Assembly: GCA_951406725.2 (NCBI GenBank)
Contig: OX597830.1
Location: forward strand, 55,490,001-55,554,000
Direction of reading: 5' to 3'
Length of the DNA stretch: 64,000 nt
Source: Octopus vulgaris
Taxonomy: Eukaryota
Part shown: piece by piece, positions 1-15,499 of the stretch
How the letters are laid out: every line of letters begins with the position of its first letter
How positions within the stretch are numbered: position 1 is the first letter of the stretch
The notes under the pieces: generated by a model
What the model was told of the DNA's origin: nothing
The model's input: the letters and a program-made list of their open reading frames with translations, nothing else
Databases searched by the model: none
Translations under genes and position numbers: made by a program

Positions 1-159
1 CTCGATCTAGTAAGATTGGTAACGGCAAAGTCCAACTTGGGGTAAAACGATGTAACGAAAATGGGCGGAATTAAAGAATACAAGGTATTTTGTTATTTAC
101 TTCATAGATTTTGTTTCGCCGTTCCCCAAAAACACATACATGCGTACATAGACACACAT

Positions 160-1180
<1,021 letters not shown>

Positions 1181-1758
1181 AATGTTACAAATAAACGTCT
1201 AATAAAGAAAGAATGTGCTGCAAATAAATGTCTAATAACGAAAAGAAAATGAAGGAAGACAATAAAAACCGGAGCCTTGATTACAAACAAACATTATCTA
1301 CGTTACAACGTTGTCGTTTGGATTGAAATCTGTTTTCTATGCTTTCCACGTTTCGTAAGTTTTTCTAAGATTTGTGCTCCGAGCTTCCTATTCTTTTTTA
1401 TTGCTGGAAAATGGTACAAAATTTACCCGAAAACTGGTTAATTCTGTTGAATTAACCATTTCTACTAAAGAAATTTTCAAAGAAATTCCCATCTGAAATT
1501 AAACAAAGAAAACTTCCAACCAAAGTTTGAAGAAGGGAATTAAAGAATCAAGTTTCTGACGTTCCTATAATCTAATTTTACCTTTCTCATATGTTCTCAC
1601 TGTTTTTTCATTACGTCTTCATTTTCCTTGCACTCATTCTCTCTCTCTCTCTCTCTCTCTGTCTATTTTTCTCTTTGTCTCTGTCTCTCTTTCACTTTCT
1701 CTAACACTCCCTCTTTCTCTTTCTCTCTCACTCTTCCTCTTAATTTCCCTTCTCTCTC

Positions 1759-1795
<37 letters not shown>

Positions 1796-2092
1796 TCTTT
1801 GCTTTGGTTGATCCATTTTCGTGTACAGTTAACAATCTTATATTTTTCTTGTACAGCAATTTACATTTTATTTCTTATGGGTTTTTTTTGTTACAAATTC
1901 GCAGTCTCTGTAACCGCCACCATTATCATCAACAACAATAACACCAGCAACATAACAACCAACACCACTAACACCTTCAAAATAAACATCACCCACATCA
2001 CAACAACCGACATCATGAATTTACTTAGACGCATACCTACCTACCTGCCTACCTACCTACCTACCTACCGACGTACCTATATACATACATAC

Positions 2093-2141
<49 letters not shown>

Positions 2142-2179
2142 CATATATATATGTGTGTGTGTGTGTATGTATGTGCACT

Positions 2180-2543
2180 ATCCGAATCGTGGCCGATACC
2201 AGCGCCGCCTCGAATGGCTTCCGTGTCGGTGGCACGTAAAAAGCACCATCCGAATCGTCGCCGAAGCCAGTGCCGCCTCGACTGGCTTCCGTGCAGGTGG
2301 CACGTAAAATGCACCAATCCGACCGTGGCCGATGCCTGCCTCCAGTGCAGGTGGCACGTAAAAAGCACCCACTACACTCACGGAGTGGTTGGCGTTAGGA
2401 AGGGCATCAAGCTGTAGAAACATTGCCAGATAAGACCGGAGCCTGGTGCAGCCTTCTGGCTTCCCAGATCCCCGGTCGAACCGTCCAACCCATGCTAGCA
2501 TGGAGAACGGACGTTAAACGATGATGATGATGATGATGATGAT
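2180..2543 (+). mobile_element. RTE-type LINE/SINE 3' end with internal 68-bp tandem units and (GAT)n tail
   Basis: Units start at 2180, 2248 and 2316 (third shorter), each ending ggtggcacgtaaaa(a/t)gcacc. Followed by ggttggcgttaggaagggcatc...gacgttaaac(gat)n. Family assignment is from recall. Confidence 0.65.
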
Positions 2544-2592
2544 GCATGTATATGTGTGCATAAATACATTTGTATATTCGTGCGTATTGTAC

Positions 2593-2636
<44 letters not shown>

Positions 2637-3001
2637 GCATGTGTGTGGATGGATATATGCATATGTGTTTGTATGTGTGTCCCTGATTAAACATTTATGC
2701 ACATATAAATATGTGAAGAGAAACGCATGTATGGAAAGAAACGAGAGCGTAATGACCAGTAGTTTGTGGCGATACCAAATTTGGTCAAAAGTGGACAAAG
2801 TGACATTGACACTAGAAGAAATTGATTAGCTAAGGCAACACAAGCCAGTACGACAGCTGCTGTGAACATGATTGCCAGTTATTGACAAGGTCAAAGGTCA
2901 CCTGACGATCACACGTTCACCAATAATCTATCTCTAGATTAACTCCGCTCTGAACCGGTTCTAACAACTAAGGAAGTTAGCAAAGTATGTAGTAGTAGTA
3001 T

Positions 3002-3036
<35 letters not shown>

Positions 3037-3043
3037 GTAGTAT

Positions 3044-3129
<86 letters not shown>

Positions 3130-3552
3130 TGAAGAAGAGGAGGTGGAGGAGGAAAAGAGGAAGGGAAGGAGGAGCAGGAAGAGGAGAAGGTCTGGTGATC
3201 GTAACGGTGGTGGTGGTGGTGGTGGTGGTTGGGGGCGGCGGCGGTGCCTGTGCCGGTACATAAGGTAGGTTTCAACCTGTAGCGTAATTGGCAAGTGAGC
3301 GATGACAAAAAACCCCACCCCGGACGATTCTTTTATGAGGAAGAATGTTTAAGTTTGCTATATAAGCCTGTAAAGAGTTTTGTATAGATTACGATAGATA
3401 TTTTAATTTTAATGTATTAAATTGACTTATATTTCGTATATGATTATTTACCATATGTATTTGGAATCTGTCCTTCAATTTAAGGTTTTCTTCGATTTTA
3501 CGATAGGATGAATTTATAATGAATTTATTTTGTTCATTGCATGCTTAAGACG

Positions 3553-3656
<104 letters not shown>

Positions 3657-3806
3657 AAGAGAGGGATATAATATCTAGGCAGATAACGCGTTCTTCTCTA
3701 TAAAGTGTCAAGGCCGGTTTCTTCCGATGGTCCGTCTTATGGTATATTCCGAAAAAATACCATCCGATGTTACGGTTTCTTTCCTGGCTCCTTAGAGTGT
3801 AAAATC

Positions 3807-3902
<96 letters not shown>

Positions 3903-3919
3903 TTAATAATAGTAATAAT

Positions 3920-6399
3920 AATAAAATATGACAAACAAATTTGTCGAAAATATTTCAACCCGTATCTCTAATCTCTCAGCCAATGAAGAAATTTTAAGAT
4001 CAAATACAGATTATTACAATTTAACTCTAGAAAAAGCAGGGTATAAGAAAGAATTAAAATTAATAATAGGGCGGATAATTATAATACAGCACAAACTAAC
4101 GTAGGAACAAATGATAATAATTGAATGATTAATTCTCACTGCAGAAATAGAGACCATGGAGATGAAGTTAAAGAGGATAGGAAAACTGTAGGTAAAGATA
4201 AGTTAATTGAATACAACAAACGTATAAATAAACAGCATGACCATAATAACGACAAATGAATGAATAACCACAAGAATACCAATTCAAAGAACAATGACAA
4301 AATACGATATTCTAATAATATAAAGAAGTTTTAAAACGACTTACTTTAACACACGACCTAATTCCGCTAATGATAAATACTATAATAGGAAAATTAAACA
4401 CAAAAACCCTAACTTGATAGAAAATAAAGGTAAAAAGTTTACTCCAACCATAAATTTTATTTATAATTCTAACAATAAGTTAAGAAATTATGCTAAAGAT
4501 ATAGAGTGGATAATAATCCCCTTCGCTAAACAGGTTAAGTCAAAGATACCTCGAATGTACTACGAAGCACTAGATAATTTTTTTCCGGTAACAAATAAAT
4601 ACCATAATCTATTTAATAAAGAAAAACAAATCAAAATTGCGTTTTCAAACTCAAGAAAGTTAGCTCAAATTATAGCCGCCCACAGCAACATGTAAATTTC
4701 AAAAGCTCATGATGATAACATTACGGTAAATAAAAATGTAAACCAAATTAAAGATAATTATAATAATACCAACCTCAAAAACGATGGTAAAAGGATTAAC
4801 CCAGACTCTAATGAAACCACTATTAAGAAAAAAATAATGATCAAAAGGAAACTACTCAATTAAATAATTCCATAGATTCCATAAGTAAAAGACAGACACA
4901 CATGACGACTAGAAAGAGCAGCAACTATTTTGAAAACAATAATAACAAGAGCACTCGGAGAGTGCAAATCTCCGCCAAGGCAACACCAACGTTCTCTCAA
5001 CGATTGGCCGGAAACGATTTTTAAAATGAGAATAACTTGACTGCTCTCACAAACGAAAATACTAAAAATAAATCCATCCACTCTCAAAAATTAAGTTAAA
5101 AAAAAAATCCGGAAAAAGAATCCAGAATCCTTGTCCGGTATCAGATCGATCCCGAAATATAATCAGTTCGTGCCAGTCACGAGGCTAAACATCCCTAAAA
5201 GTTTCATCCCAATCCATCCAGCGGTTCTTGAGATATCCTGTCCACGGACAAACAAACAAACACGAGTGAAAATAATACCTCCGCCTTCGCTAAAACGGAA
5301 GTAATAATAAAGATAATCAGCAAAAATATAAAACAGACACAAACACTATAAAATCTAATGATGAAGACGTAGCTTGTTTAATACATAGAAAAGCTAATTG
5401 CGCTAGAACACAACGTAAATTTTAAAATTAAAATAAAAAACACCGTCTATACATGTGTTGTAACAACAGATACAAATAAATATTACTATATAGGAGCTTG
5501 TTCATGATACATAAAACAAAGAATAGTAAATCATGAAAGTTTGTTTAGATATAATTCTAGGAAATCTTCAATAGGTCTTAGTAAACTTAAATGGTCACTC
5601 AAAGATGAAAATATTAAATATTCATTAAAATGGGAAATTATTAACACTGCAAAATCCTACAAAATAGGGGACGAAAAATGCGCTTTGTGCCTAGAAGAAT
5701 TTTACCAAATTTCGAAAAAGAAATTAGTTGACACTAGACAAGAAAGAAGTTTTAATTGCTTGCACAAACAACGTCTTATTTTTAAAACATACGAATAATA
5801 GAATGCAAGAACCATGTAATTCTAGCCATTCAACTCTTTAAAATAATAATAATAATAATTAAATTGAAAATCTTTATGAAATTTATAAAATTTACCATTA
5901 AATGCTTCAGTTTATTAAGCGTATGGTGCCTACTGACCTGTAATCACCCACTACTATTTCCATCACAATTTAAGTAGAACAACCAACTCGAAAATCTATT
6001 TAAAATATCACATGACTCTAAGGAATGTAGAATAATTCAAAAGAAAAGTGCTCTATAAATAACCACTCCCAAGCGGTCCAGTAAAATTTGTCAACATCAG
6101 CAAAGACTGCTGCTGCTGCTACCAGGTTTTTATACAATCAGTGGTGAATTGCAACTCATCGTTGAACAACATAATTTACTACTACTACTACTACCGAGCC
6201 ATATTTAAACTAATTATTACTTGAACAATGACATGTTTATTCACCCTGAAGAGCCTGTACAAGTTATGCATAAATCCCTGCATATAAATATGCTGTAATT
6301 TGCAATCGACAGGATCGAAACACGTATTGGACAATTACTAGGAATACACCAAGCGGAAAGCCTGAATGTTCAAATTCTTCGTTGTCCTTATTATTATTA

Positions 6400-6400
<1 letters not shown>
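3920..6400 (+). mobile_element. Degenerate Penelope-like retroelement (RT C-terminus, linker, GIY-YIG endonuclease, pLTR)
   Basis: Frameshifted RT thumb (ISTRISNLSANEE) near 3950. Linker WIIIPFAKQVKS...HNLFNK...IIAAH at 4414-4695. GIY-YIG-like YYIGACS...KQRIVNH...LSKLKWSLKD...CALCLEE at 5480-5798. Degenerate hammerhead motif at 6246-6326. Confidence 0.85.
5098..5305 (+). mobile_element. Short non-autonomous Helentron/DINE-like element nested in the Penelope relic
   Basis: aagtttcatcccaatccatccagcggtt...(acaa)n...3' hairpin acctccgccttcgctaaaacggaagt. It interrupts the Penelope relic. Confidence 0.55.
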
Positions 6401-6480
<80 letters not shown>

Positions 6481-6794
6481 AAAGACTTGCGTCAAAATTA
6501 ATTAGCACTTCTCAAATTTTAATATAAATTAAATAATTAACCGCCACTACAAAACGTTTACGCGATGAGAATGTCAGTATGCGGACGGTCCAATTGTAGT
6601 GGCGCTTTATTTAATTTATAAAGGAAATTTGTATGCATCCGATTAAGTTTTCCTTGTTTGATTTTAAAATAGTGGCTTTAGTCTCAAATTATATTATATA
6701 ATTTTTTACTATAAAGTGGATTTAACAAAGCAATAGTTCGATTTTTGGCCCTGTAATTTTTGATTCATTCCCAAATATTTATTATTATATATTC

Positions 6795-6842
<48 letters not shown>

Positions 6843-6856
6843 TGTATGTATGTATG

Positions 6857-6901
<45 letters not shown>

Positions 6902-7486
6902 CAGTATTAAAGATACATTTCAGCCGGTTTTTACCAATCGGTTTTGCACACGTGTTAGGTGATGACCTCAGACGGCACACGTTTCACTTCTGTAAAAGAT
7001 TAAGACTTCATCAAGATTGAAGTATCTTCTGATCTTGAGCAAAAAAACTTAGTCCTTATTATATTGTAGGATAAGTGGACTGTTGTATACGATGTTAGTG
7101 TCCATTGTGCCGTACCAGTAATGTGAGCAGTGCACATTATGGTCAATACTTGAGTTTTAAAGTGGATTCACCTTTGGTCAAGTATTTTCTGGTCCCAAAA
7201 TGGGACCTAAGCCTTTCTGTTGCAGTTTTTGGTATGTTATTATTATATATGAGAGGTTATACTAATAACAGAAAATAGTGGTTACGAGAACAAACGTTTG
7301 GAGAGACATTGTGGATTTTAGTTATGTTCGTCCGTTCTTGGGAATATGGCATGTTGAATGTGTGTGTGTGTATGCGCGTGCGCGTGCGTGTGTATGTGTG
7401 TGTGCGACAGTGAACGTAAGTTTACGAATGTGTAACATATATGTGCCCCAGCATGACCGAAACTTTGGAGTTGAAACAATTTCAAG

Positions 7487-7533
<47 letters not shown>

Positions 7534-7560
7534 CGAATGTATGTATCTGTGTGTGCATAA

Positions 7561-7593
<33 letters not shown>

Positions 7594-7595
7594 GG

Positions 7596-7639
<44 letters not shown>

Positions 7640-8552
7640 TACACAAACACACACACACACACACACACACATTTGCCCAGTGGTCTGTGCAGTGGAACTG
7701 AACCCGAAGCCATGCGGATGCGAAGCGAATTTCTTAACGATACAACCATGTCAATATTGATCTATCTCTCCCTTCTCCACCTATCCCTCCCTATTTTACC
7801 TCCTTCTCCCCACTCCATACACATATGTACATATTTGTGCGGTGGGAGATGTATGGATGTTTATTTATGTCTGTGAGCCCATGAGTGAGACTCTGTGTAT
7901 ATGTATGCGTACGTGCGAATGTGTACATGTGTGTATATGTGTACGTATGCGTGCTTGAGCGCACATATATGAAAGGGTGTATAAGCGATCTGTGGTTTTC
8001 GTAAAGTCTGTGTTAAATTTGTAAAAGTGATAAGGTAAAGGTGTTATGCTTGATGTAGTAAACTGCAAGATGAGGTGATAAATATATCAATCATGCAGGC
8101 AGCTACATAATGAAGGGTTTCCTTTCACGTGACGAATGGAAAGAGCAGCCGACACGTCTTTCTCTGGCAGAAGATTAAAATTAACTATAAAAGCACATAA
8201 AACAACAAAAGCAACAATGAAACGGAGCAGCTTATAAATGTTTCCCAACTAAAATTGGTCCGTGGCGTTTGGCAGGTGAACAATAATACGAAGAGAAGTT
8301 ATTTCCCAGAGATTTTTATCCGTTATTTCTTTCTCTCGTTCTTCTTTTTTTTATATTTTAAATGGTGGTTCAGGTAGAACGGATTGTTTTTTCGTGATGT
8401 CTTTCATAATCTTATTTTCCTTCCCACGTTTTCTTTTTATGTTTTTTTTACTTTGTTTTTTTGCTTCGTTATTTTTTTTTTCTTCTTAAAACTCCAGGCA
8501 GGTTTCAATAAAATTAGTTTATAATGTATATATATGTGTGTGTGAGCATCAG

Positions 8553-8584
<32 letters not shown>

Positions 8585-9249
8585 TGTATGTATGTATGTA
8601 TGTATGTATGTATGAATGCGTCTATGCGTGTTTGCTTGTATATATGAATGTACGTATGTGTCTGTATAAGTATGTGCGTATGAACACATATATTAATTTC
8701 AGTTCAGTAAACTAAACTGGTAGAATAATACAGAAGAAAAGTTGGTGTGGAGACTGACTTCACATCCTGCTTAGATGAGGTCTGAACTCGGAACGTGAAA
8801 GGCAGGAAGAAATACTGCAAACTGTTTTGCATTATTTTCTCCGGCTCTTTACACTCTGAGTTCAAATCCTACCAAGGTCTCGTTTGCCTTTCACCCTTTC
8901 AGAACCGATAAAATAGATATCAGTTGAATACAAGTTCCTGAAATTTTATATTGTAATGTCACTAACGAGCTGGAGGAGAATTCTAATAGACCTTCGTGTT
9001 GCTTCAAGTTGAATTGACAAAATTCCTGAAAATCATACTCGAACATCGGCAGTAAGAGAGAATCCTTCACAGCTACTTTCGAAGTTTGGTGCTCAGTGAA
9101 AAGTAGTAATATGAATTGTGAGTTCAATTCACATGAAGTAGGTAGGTAGTGGCAATGTATGTGAATCGGCACAAGTTTAAATAACGTGAACAGCTTCACG
9201 TCACCGTCCAGGGACTAATCGAATTTTGGATTTTTACCTTTTGACCTAC

Positions 9250-9783
9250 AGATTTAAAAATAACTTTTTGTAACTAAACACTTTCAAACTTCGGACACAG
9301 GTAGAATGTGTCATATAAAACACCTTTTACTCTTAGCATTTTTTTAGAAAAACTTATATTTACGAAGTAATTTCACATTAAAGTAGTCCTATTTCGGTAA
9401 TTTCAACCAATCAATGACGTCTATTCAGCTGAATAAAATTACTGCCGTTGTTTGTCAACAACAACTATCGGCGGTGTATTATTCGTTTGTCATTGTTATT
9501 TATGACATCGTTTGTGTGTTTGTACTGGTTTTAGCTTTAAGGTTTTAGGGTAAGGGTTAGGGTTTTAGGGTTAGGGTTAGGGTTAGGGTTAGGGCTAGGG
9601 TTAAGGTTTTAGGGTTAGGATTAGGGTTTTAGGGTTAGGGTTGTCATAAATAACAGTGACAAACGAAAAATACACCGCGGAATGTTCTTGTTGACAAACA
9701 ACGGCAGTAATTTTATTCAACTGAATACACGTCATTGATTGGTTGAAATTACCGAAATAGGACTACTTTAACGTGAAATTACT
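9250..9783. mobile_element. Fold-back/MITE-like element with ~140-bp inverted arms around a (TTAGGG)n array
   Basis: 9366-9507 is an imperfect reverse complement of 9642-9783. Degenerate TTAGGG/TTTTAGGG array at about 9535-9642. Confidence 0.8.
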
Positions 9784-10412
9784 ACATCTTTGAGGCTTAT
9801 GACCATGCGGTCACTTATGATGGTAAAATTTCGGCATTTTTCGCACTAACCATCGTGGCATCAATTTGACGAAAAATGATGAAATTTGACAAAATGTTTC
9901 ATGGATATAAACAAACAGCTTATTAACGATAATCTATTTAGCATTTGCTAAATCTTCATTTCAATGCGAGTTGTTTTGATTTGCTAAAACTTATTATTTC
10001 AGGTTTTCATTGGGAAAGAGATTTTATTTCTCAAGCAAAATTTAGGCATTTTGCACACTAGCCGCCGTGACAGCAATTTCACGAAATCTGCCCCAAAGCG
10101 TAAAATTTCGCCATTTTACATACGTGCACAAAAATGACGACGACACGAGTTCGCTACCATACTCTGCTCTTTTTTTCATTAAATTGGTCCCGCCCATAAA
10201 TATAGATTTAAAATTTTTGCAAAATGTTTCATGGCTTTATACAGACATCTTATTAAAGGTAATTCATAACCGGGTACCTCAGCAGGTATGATTATATTTG
10301 CATGTATGTACATCTGTGCATATTAATGCCTTATGTGTTCGTATTGAAAGGCATGTGTATATGCATATGAATATATGTACATGTACATATATATGTGTGT
10401 ATGTGTGTGTTC

Positions 10413-10455
<43 letters not shown>

Positions 10456-11050
10456 TGTGTGTGTAATATCATAGAATGCATTCGTTCATACATGCATACA
10501 TACATTCATACAAATTTATGAACGGACACCTAACACCAGCATTTATCATGTGTCATTTGCCGAGAATGAAAACAAGGTCATTGTTTAAATTTTAATTTAA
10601 GGAACGACGTAAATCGTTACAAGAAGCACTACCACCACCACCACCACCACTACCATCACAACAACAGCAACAAAAATAGCGGAAGAACCAGTACAACAAA
10701 CAAACGGAAGAACCAGTACAACAGCACAATAACAATAGCAACTTCAGCAACAACATTTTTCTCGAAGGAAATGAAAATAGAACATGTATAAACATAGAGA
10801 ACTCGAAAACATAAAAAAAAGCCCACAATAAACACCAAAAAACGAGAAAGAACTTATTAAAATTAACTTATAATGTGAAAGATGAGTTTTGGAGTAGGCG
10901 AGGCAGTTGATAATTATAATTCTCTTTTGGAAAGGATTCTTTTGGTAAATTGCGTTGTTATTTTGACGGATTCCATTGGAAGATGGTAATATCTGTAACC
11001 AGATTCGAAGCCAAACTTTTACGTGACAAACTGGACGTTAAATAAAAAGC

Positions 11051-11113
<63 letters not shown>

Positions 11114-11452
11114 ATACACACACACACGCACACGTTAACACTTATTCACCGTCTTCATCTTCAGAGATAGAGGAAATGATATACACGCATGGATAAGTAT
11201 ATATAAATATATATGTGAGGTGAGGGGTGAGTGTGTGTGTGTGCGTGTGTCTGTGTGTGCTTGAATACATACATATATATATATATAAGGACAGACATAT
11301 TTTAAGAGACAAACATAAATACATATATGCATGCATACACACACACACAACATATATATATATGTGTGTGTGTGTGTGTGTAAGTATACATATATGTATG
11401 TATGCATATATATATATATGTATATATATTTAGATAGATAGGTAGATAGATC

Positions 11453-11496
<44 letters not shown>

Positions 11497-11583
11497 CTGA
11501 CAGTAACATGTAAAGATATGTACAAACATAAATGCATGTGTATGTGTGTGCGTGTAAATACTGCAGCAAACGCACACACACAC

Positions 11584-11678
<95 letters not shown>

Positions 11679-11959
11679 CATGTACGGATTCGGTTTTTCA
11701 TATCATCTTGATTCTTATAATGATGCTTTATTAACTGGAATATTTTAAGTGAAAATTGGAAAGACTGCAACGCATCGAATACAATTTGCCCCACAGATTG
11801 ATTGCTCTTCAGCTTGGAATCTTAGGATACACTTTGATATATACACATACCTACAAACATTCGTTCCCATACATACATACATACATACATACATACATAC
11901 ATACATACATACATACATACATACATACATACATACATACATACATACATACTGAGAGC

Positions 11960-13345
11960 GGAACAATCGTCTCTGACGTTATAAATATTTCAAAGAGAAT
12001 ATTCCAAAGAGACACTCTTTCTCAATCCATTATCATTCCTGCCACAAAAGGCAAATGGCTACATGCTAGGGTCTGCAACTGCTATAAATATTGATGTAAC
12101 CCATAATTTCTTTGTGGGTGCTCTCAAGATTTATGCTAAATTTTTAACAGCTAGAATTTAGCTGACATAGGAATGAAATTTAGCGAAAAGACAATGTTCG
12201 TATTTGATTGATAAATCTGAAAAATCAGTCTCCCAAACCCCCAAACAATGTATCAATGGTCTCATTATATCTCCTGTCCCACACAAATAAACCCACAAGT
12301 ACTTTGGCATTTATGAAAACATTAATGAAGGATAGAGTGACCCGAAAATATTATCAAGATTTAGAAAACTATGGCAGTCGAAACTCTTCTCTTACAAGAC
12401 AATATCCCACAATGCATTTGCAATTCTAGTGTCTATTATAACAACATTTAGGATAGTTGACTGGTCTGTAGAGGAAATCCACTCCTAAAACCCGCAAGAT
12501 ATTAACATCAACTGGAAATCTCTACAGAAATAGTGATATCGACAGGTTCTATCCAAGTAGAGTTGAAAGAGGTAGATACTTGCAATCAGAGCACACAGCC
12601 TTTCAATGTCGCATAGTTTCTCTCAGACAGCACTTGCCAAACAACAGCAGCAAAAATAAACACATTAACTTAATGTTGAAAAATGAACAGAGCAATATCC
12701 TACGTGTCGGAAGTGAGGTCCTCAGGAAGCACTCTCTTTCTGATAACTCCCATACAACCCCAAAACAACCGGGCTAACATACCTCAAAGAAGACCTGGAT
12801 GTGAAACGTTCAGCATACCAAATAAAGGCCATGGGTATGTTTCCCGAAGACTCGAAGAAGATAGTAATATCGACATGAAGCCTCTCTTGAACTCGTGACC
12901 ACAACATAACAACACACTTCGAAGGTTATGCATTTTCTATCCAAGAAAAGTAGATTGCTACGAAATACCCAATCAACAAAAGAGACAGTGAAACCCTCGA
13001 AGCTCCAAGATGCAACCGAAAGTTTAGGTTATGTCATATTTCTATGGAAGATACGCATGTGACGAGCAGCTTCCCAAAAATGTCATCAGGTTACTATCTC
13101 CCTATGCAACAGGACGTTGTCGCAAAAACGATATAAAATCTGGATAAACAGGGATTTTCAGAAAGAGAAATTGACCGGCTGATTCGTACATTACAACTCC
13201 AATCTGCGAGTGGAATAGTAAAAATATGCAAGACTTTTCTGAAGTTCCAAATGTGAACTTGTCTGCGTTAACTACATCCCAAAGATGAGGCCTTGTCTCT
13301 TTGTTGGAAACAGGCTCCCTCCTCAGTGGAAGATTTATAATAATC
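11960..13345 (+). mobile_element. Highly degenerate R4/Dong/NeSL-type non-LTR retrotransposon
   Basis: Broken RT motifs ([14 protein letters not shown]; RKILTSTGN...SDIDRFY) and a CCHC-like region near 13010-13080, with many stops and frameshifts. Confidence 0.65.
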
Positions 13346-14350
13346 AAAAAATAGAAGAGCCATACATACATACATACATACATACATACATACATACATA
13401 CATACATACATACATACATACATACATACATACATACATACATACATACATACATACATACAAAGACAAACATACAAAGACAAACATCCATTCTATTTCT
13501 CTCAGCAATATATAGTAAAATATTTACAAAGAAACTGCCAATATATGTATTCATTACCGTTAATAAACATTTCATATCTCTATGATCAAGGATTCTTCCC
13601 GAAGGATTCGACTTCTCCTCCTCCTTCTCCACCTTTTCCTTTTTCTTTTCCTCTCCATTCTCCACCCCCAACTTTTTCCAATTTCCCCTACAATGAAATA
13701 ATTTAATCGTCTTTATTAGCTTTCTTTCTACTATTTGATGACTTGAACCATCAATAAGCTGACATTACTTAATGCTTAAAACAATTATATTTAGTTTGAA
13801 TATTTGTTGTAAGTGTACAATTGTAGATTCTCGTGTTGAGACCAGACAGTAAATTGTTACATTAATTTCGGAAACTACCGCATATTTTCAAATAATTTTT
13901 GCTGCTAGGAGTTAGTGTATTATTGTGTCAAATTAAATATGATAGTCGACCGTGAACGTAATTCTATACACACCACAAATATTCTTTTAGGCTTTCAACG
14001 AAACGAAATACTAACATCACAGTTGTAGTAAGCCTGACGATTGAAAGATATTGTAATCAGTTGGTGAATTTTCAAAACCTTATAGTCGTGAAGAAAACGT
14101 AATTTATGCACGTCTGAAAATTCTCCATTTTTGATGTCTTCATTTAATTTATTGCCGTCGAGAATAAAGCCTTTGTCTAAATACCACCATCAAATACGTA
14201 CCTGATAATTCATTTTATTATGCTTACAAATTGAATATGTTTCTTTTCTGTGTGAAATTTCTTTAAAATTCTTCAAAGCATTTGAAAGTTCATTAAATTG
14301 CTTTAGCTGATCAAAACTCCAATTCTCAATCAAAATTTTGCGCTAAAAGC

Positions 14351-14450
14351 TTTCTCGAGTTAGAGGTACCTCTGTAAATTCAAATCGTTTTTGGCTATTC
14401 TTTCTCAAGTTAGAGGTACCTCTGTAAATTCAAATAATTTTTGGCTATTC
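14351..14450 (+). repeat. 50-bp direct tandem duplication
   Basis: tttctc(g/a)agttagaggtacctctgtaaattcaaat...ttttggctattc occurs at 14351 and again at 14401. Confidence 0.95.
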
Positions 14451-15248
14451 GGAATCTTGTTTTCTTGGAATTGAAACAGTCGATCTTAAAATGTTTGCGT
14501 CCACAGATTTTAGAACGTTACGTATGATGGATAATATAAGAGCAGTTATTTCCCTTGTGTTATTGGTATTTTCTTGCTTTCTTGTTTTTCTTAAAAAATT
14601 TTGTTTCTAAATAATATTATATTTTCCTCTATTTCTTCTGTCATCTAATTATAATTCATTTTTAATAATTTACACTGCTTCTTTCTCTTTTATCTCAATT
14701 CTTTCCTCTCATTCTCTTCACCATCTTCTCTTCCCATTTCACCTTCTCCCTCTCTTCTTCCTTCTCCTCCCCCTCCTTCTTATATTCCTTCCCCTTCTCC
14801 CTCTCTTTTTCCTCTCGTCTTTCCCTGCATTTTATATTTCATATATTCATCTATCTTTGCTTACACTTCTTTGTTCTCTCCACTAAATATGTACCGTTTT
14901 TATTCTTATATTCTTATAATCCAGCTTATTTTATCAATCCGTATATGTACATTATCGTTAATCTCTTGTCAACAGACATATTATTTGATAACTGTTATTA
15001 CTACAAGTTCGTACTTTTAATTTAATTTTGTTTCTTCTCTCTTTCTTTAACCCTTTCATTTTTTCTCTTATATCTTTCTATCTTGTTCACTTTTCTTATT
15101 TCACTCGTCCCCGTCTCCATCCCTATTAATATATTTCTATTTTCTTTTTTATTCTTTCTTTTTTTTTGCATTTTCTTTCTTTTATCTTTCCTCGCTTTTC
15201 TTCATATTTCTCTTCTCCGTCTCACAATCATCATTATCATCATCCTCG

Positions 15249-15300
<52 letters not shown>

Positions 15301-15499
15301 TATTAATATTATTCATAAACACACAACAGCTTAAACTGTTGGAAAAGAAAAATTCCTGACATCGGGCTACAAGTAACTTTAGATGCCAAGAACCCTCCTA
15401 AGTATCATAGCTGCCCCTAATAACAGTTTTCTGAAGCTGTACTAAGCTGGGTTTTATGCATCTGATCAAATTTTTAGGGAGAGTTCCCAATACACCTAT

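Noticed and set aside
3180-3270. Possible plus-strand exon ending AAG|gtaggt
   Set aside because: Low-complexity sequence with no acceptor, partner exon or recognisable peptide.
9535-9642. True telomere or chromosome-fusion site
   Set aside because: The array is short, degenerate, in a single orientation and embedded in a TIR-type element.
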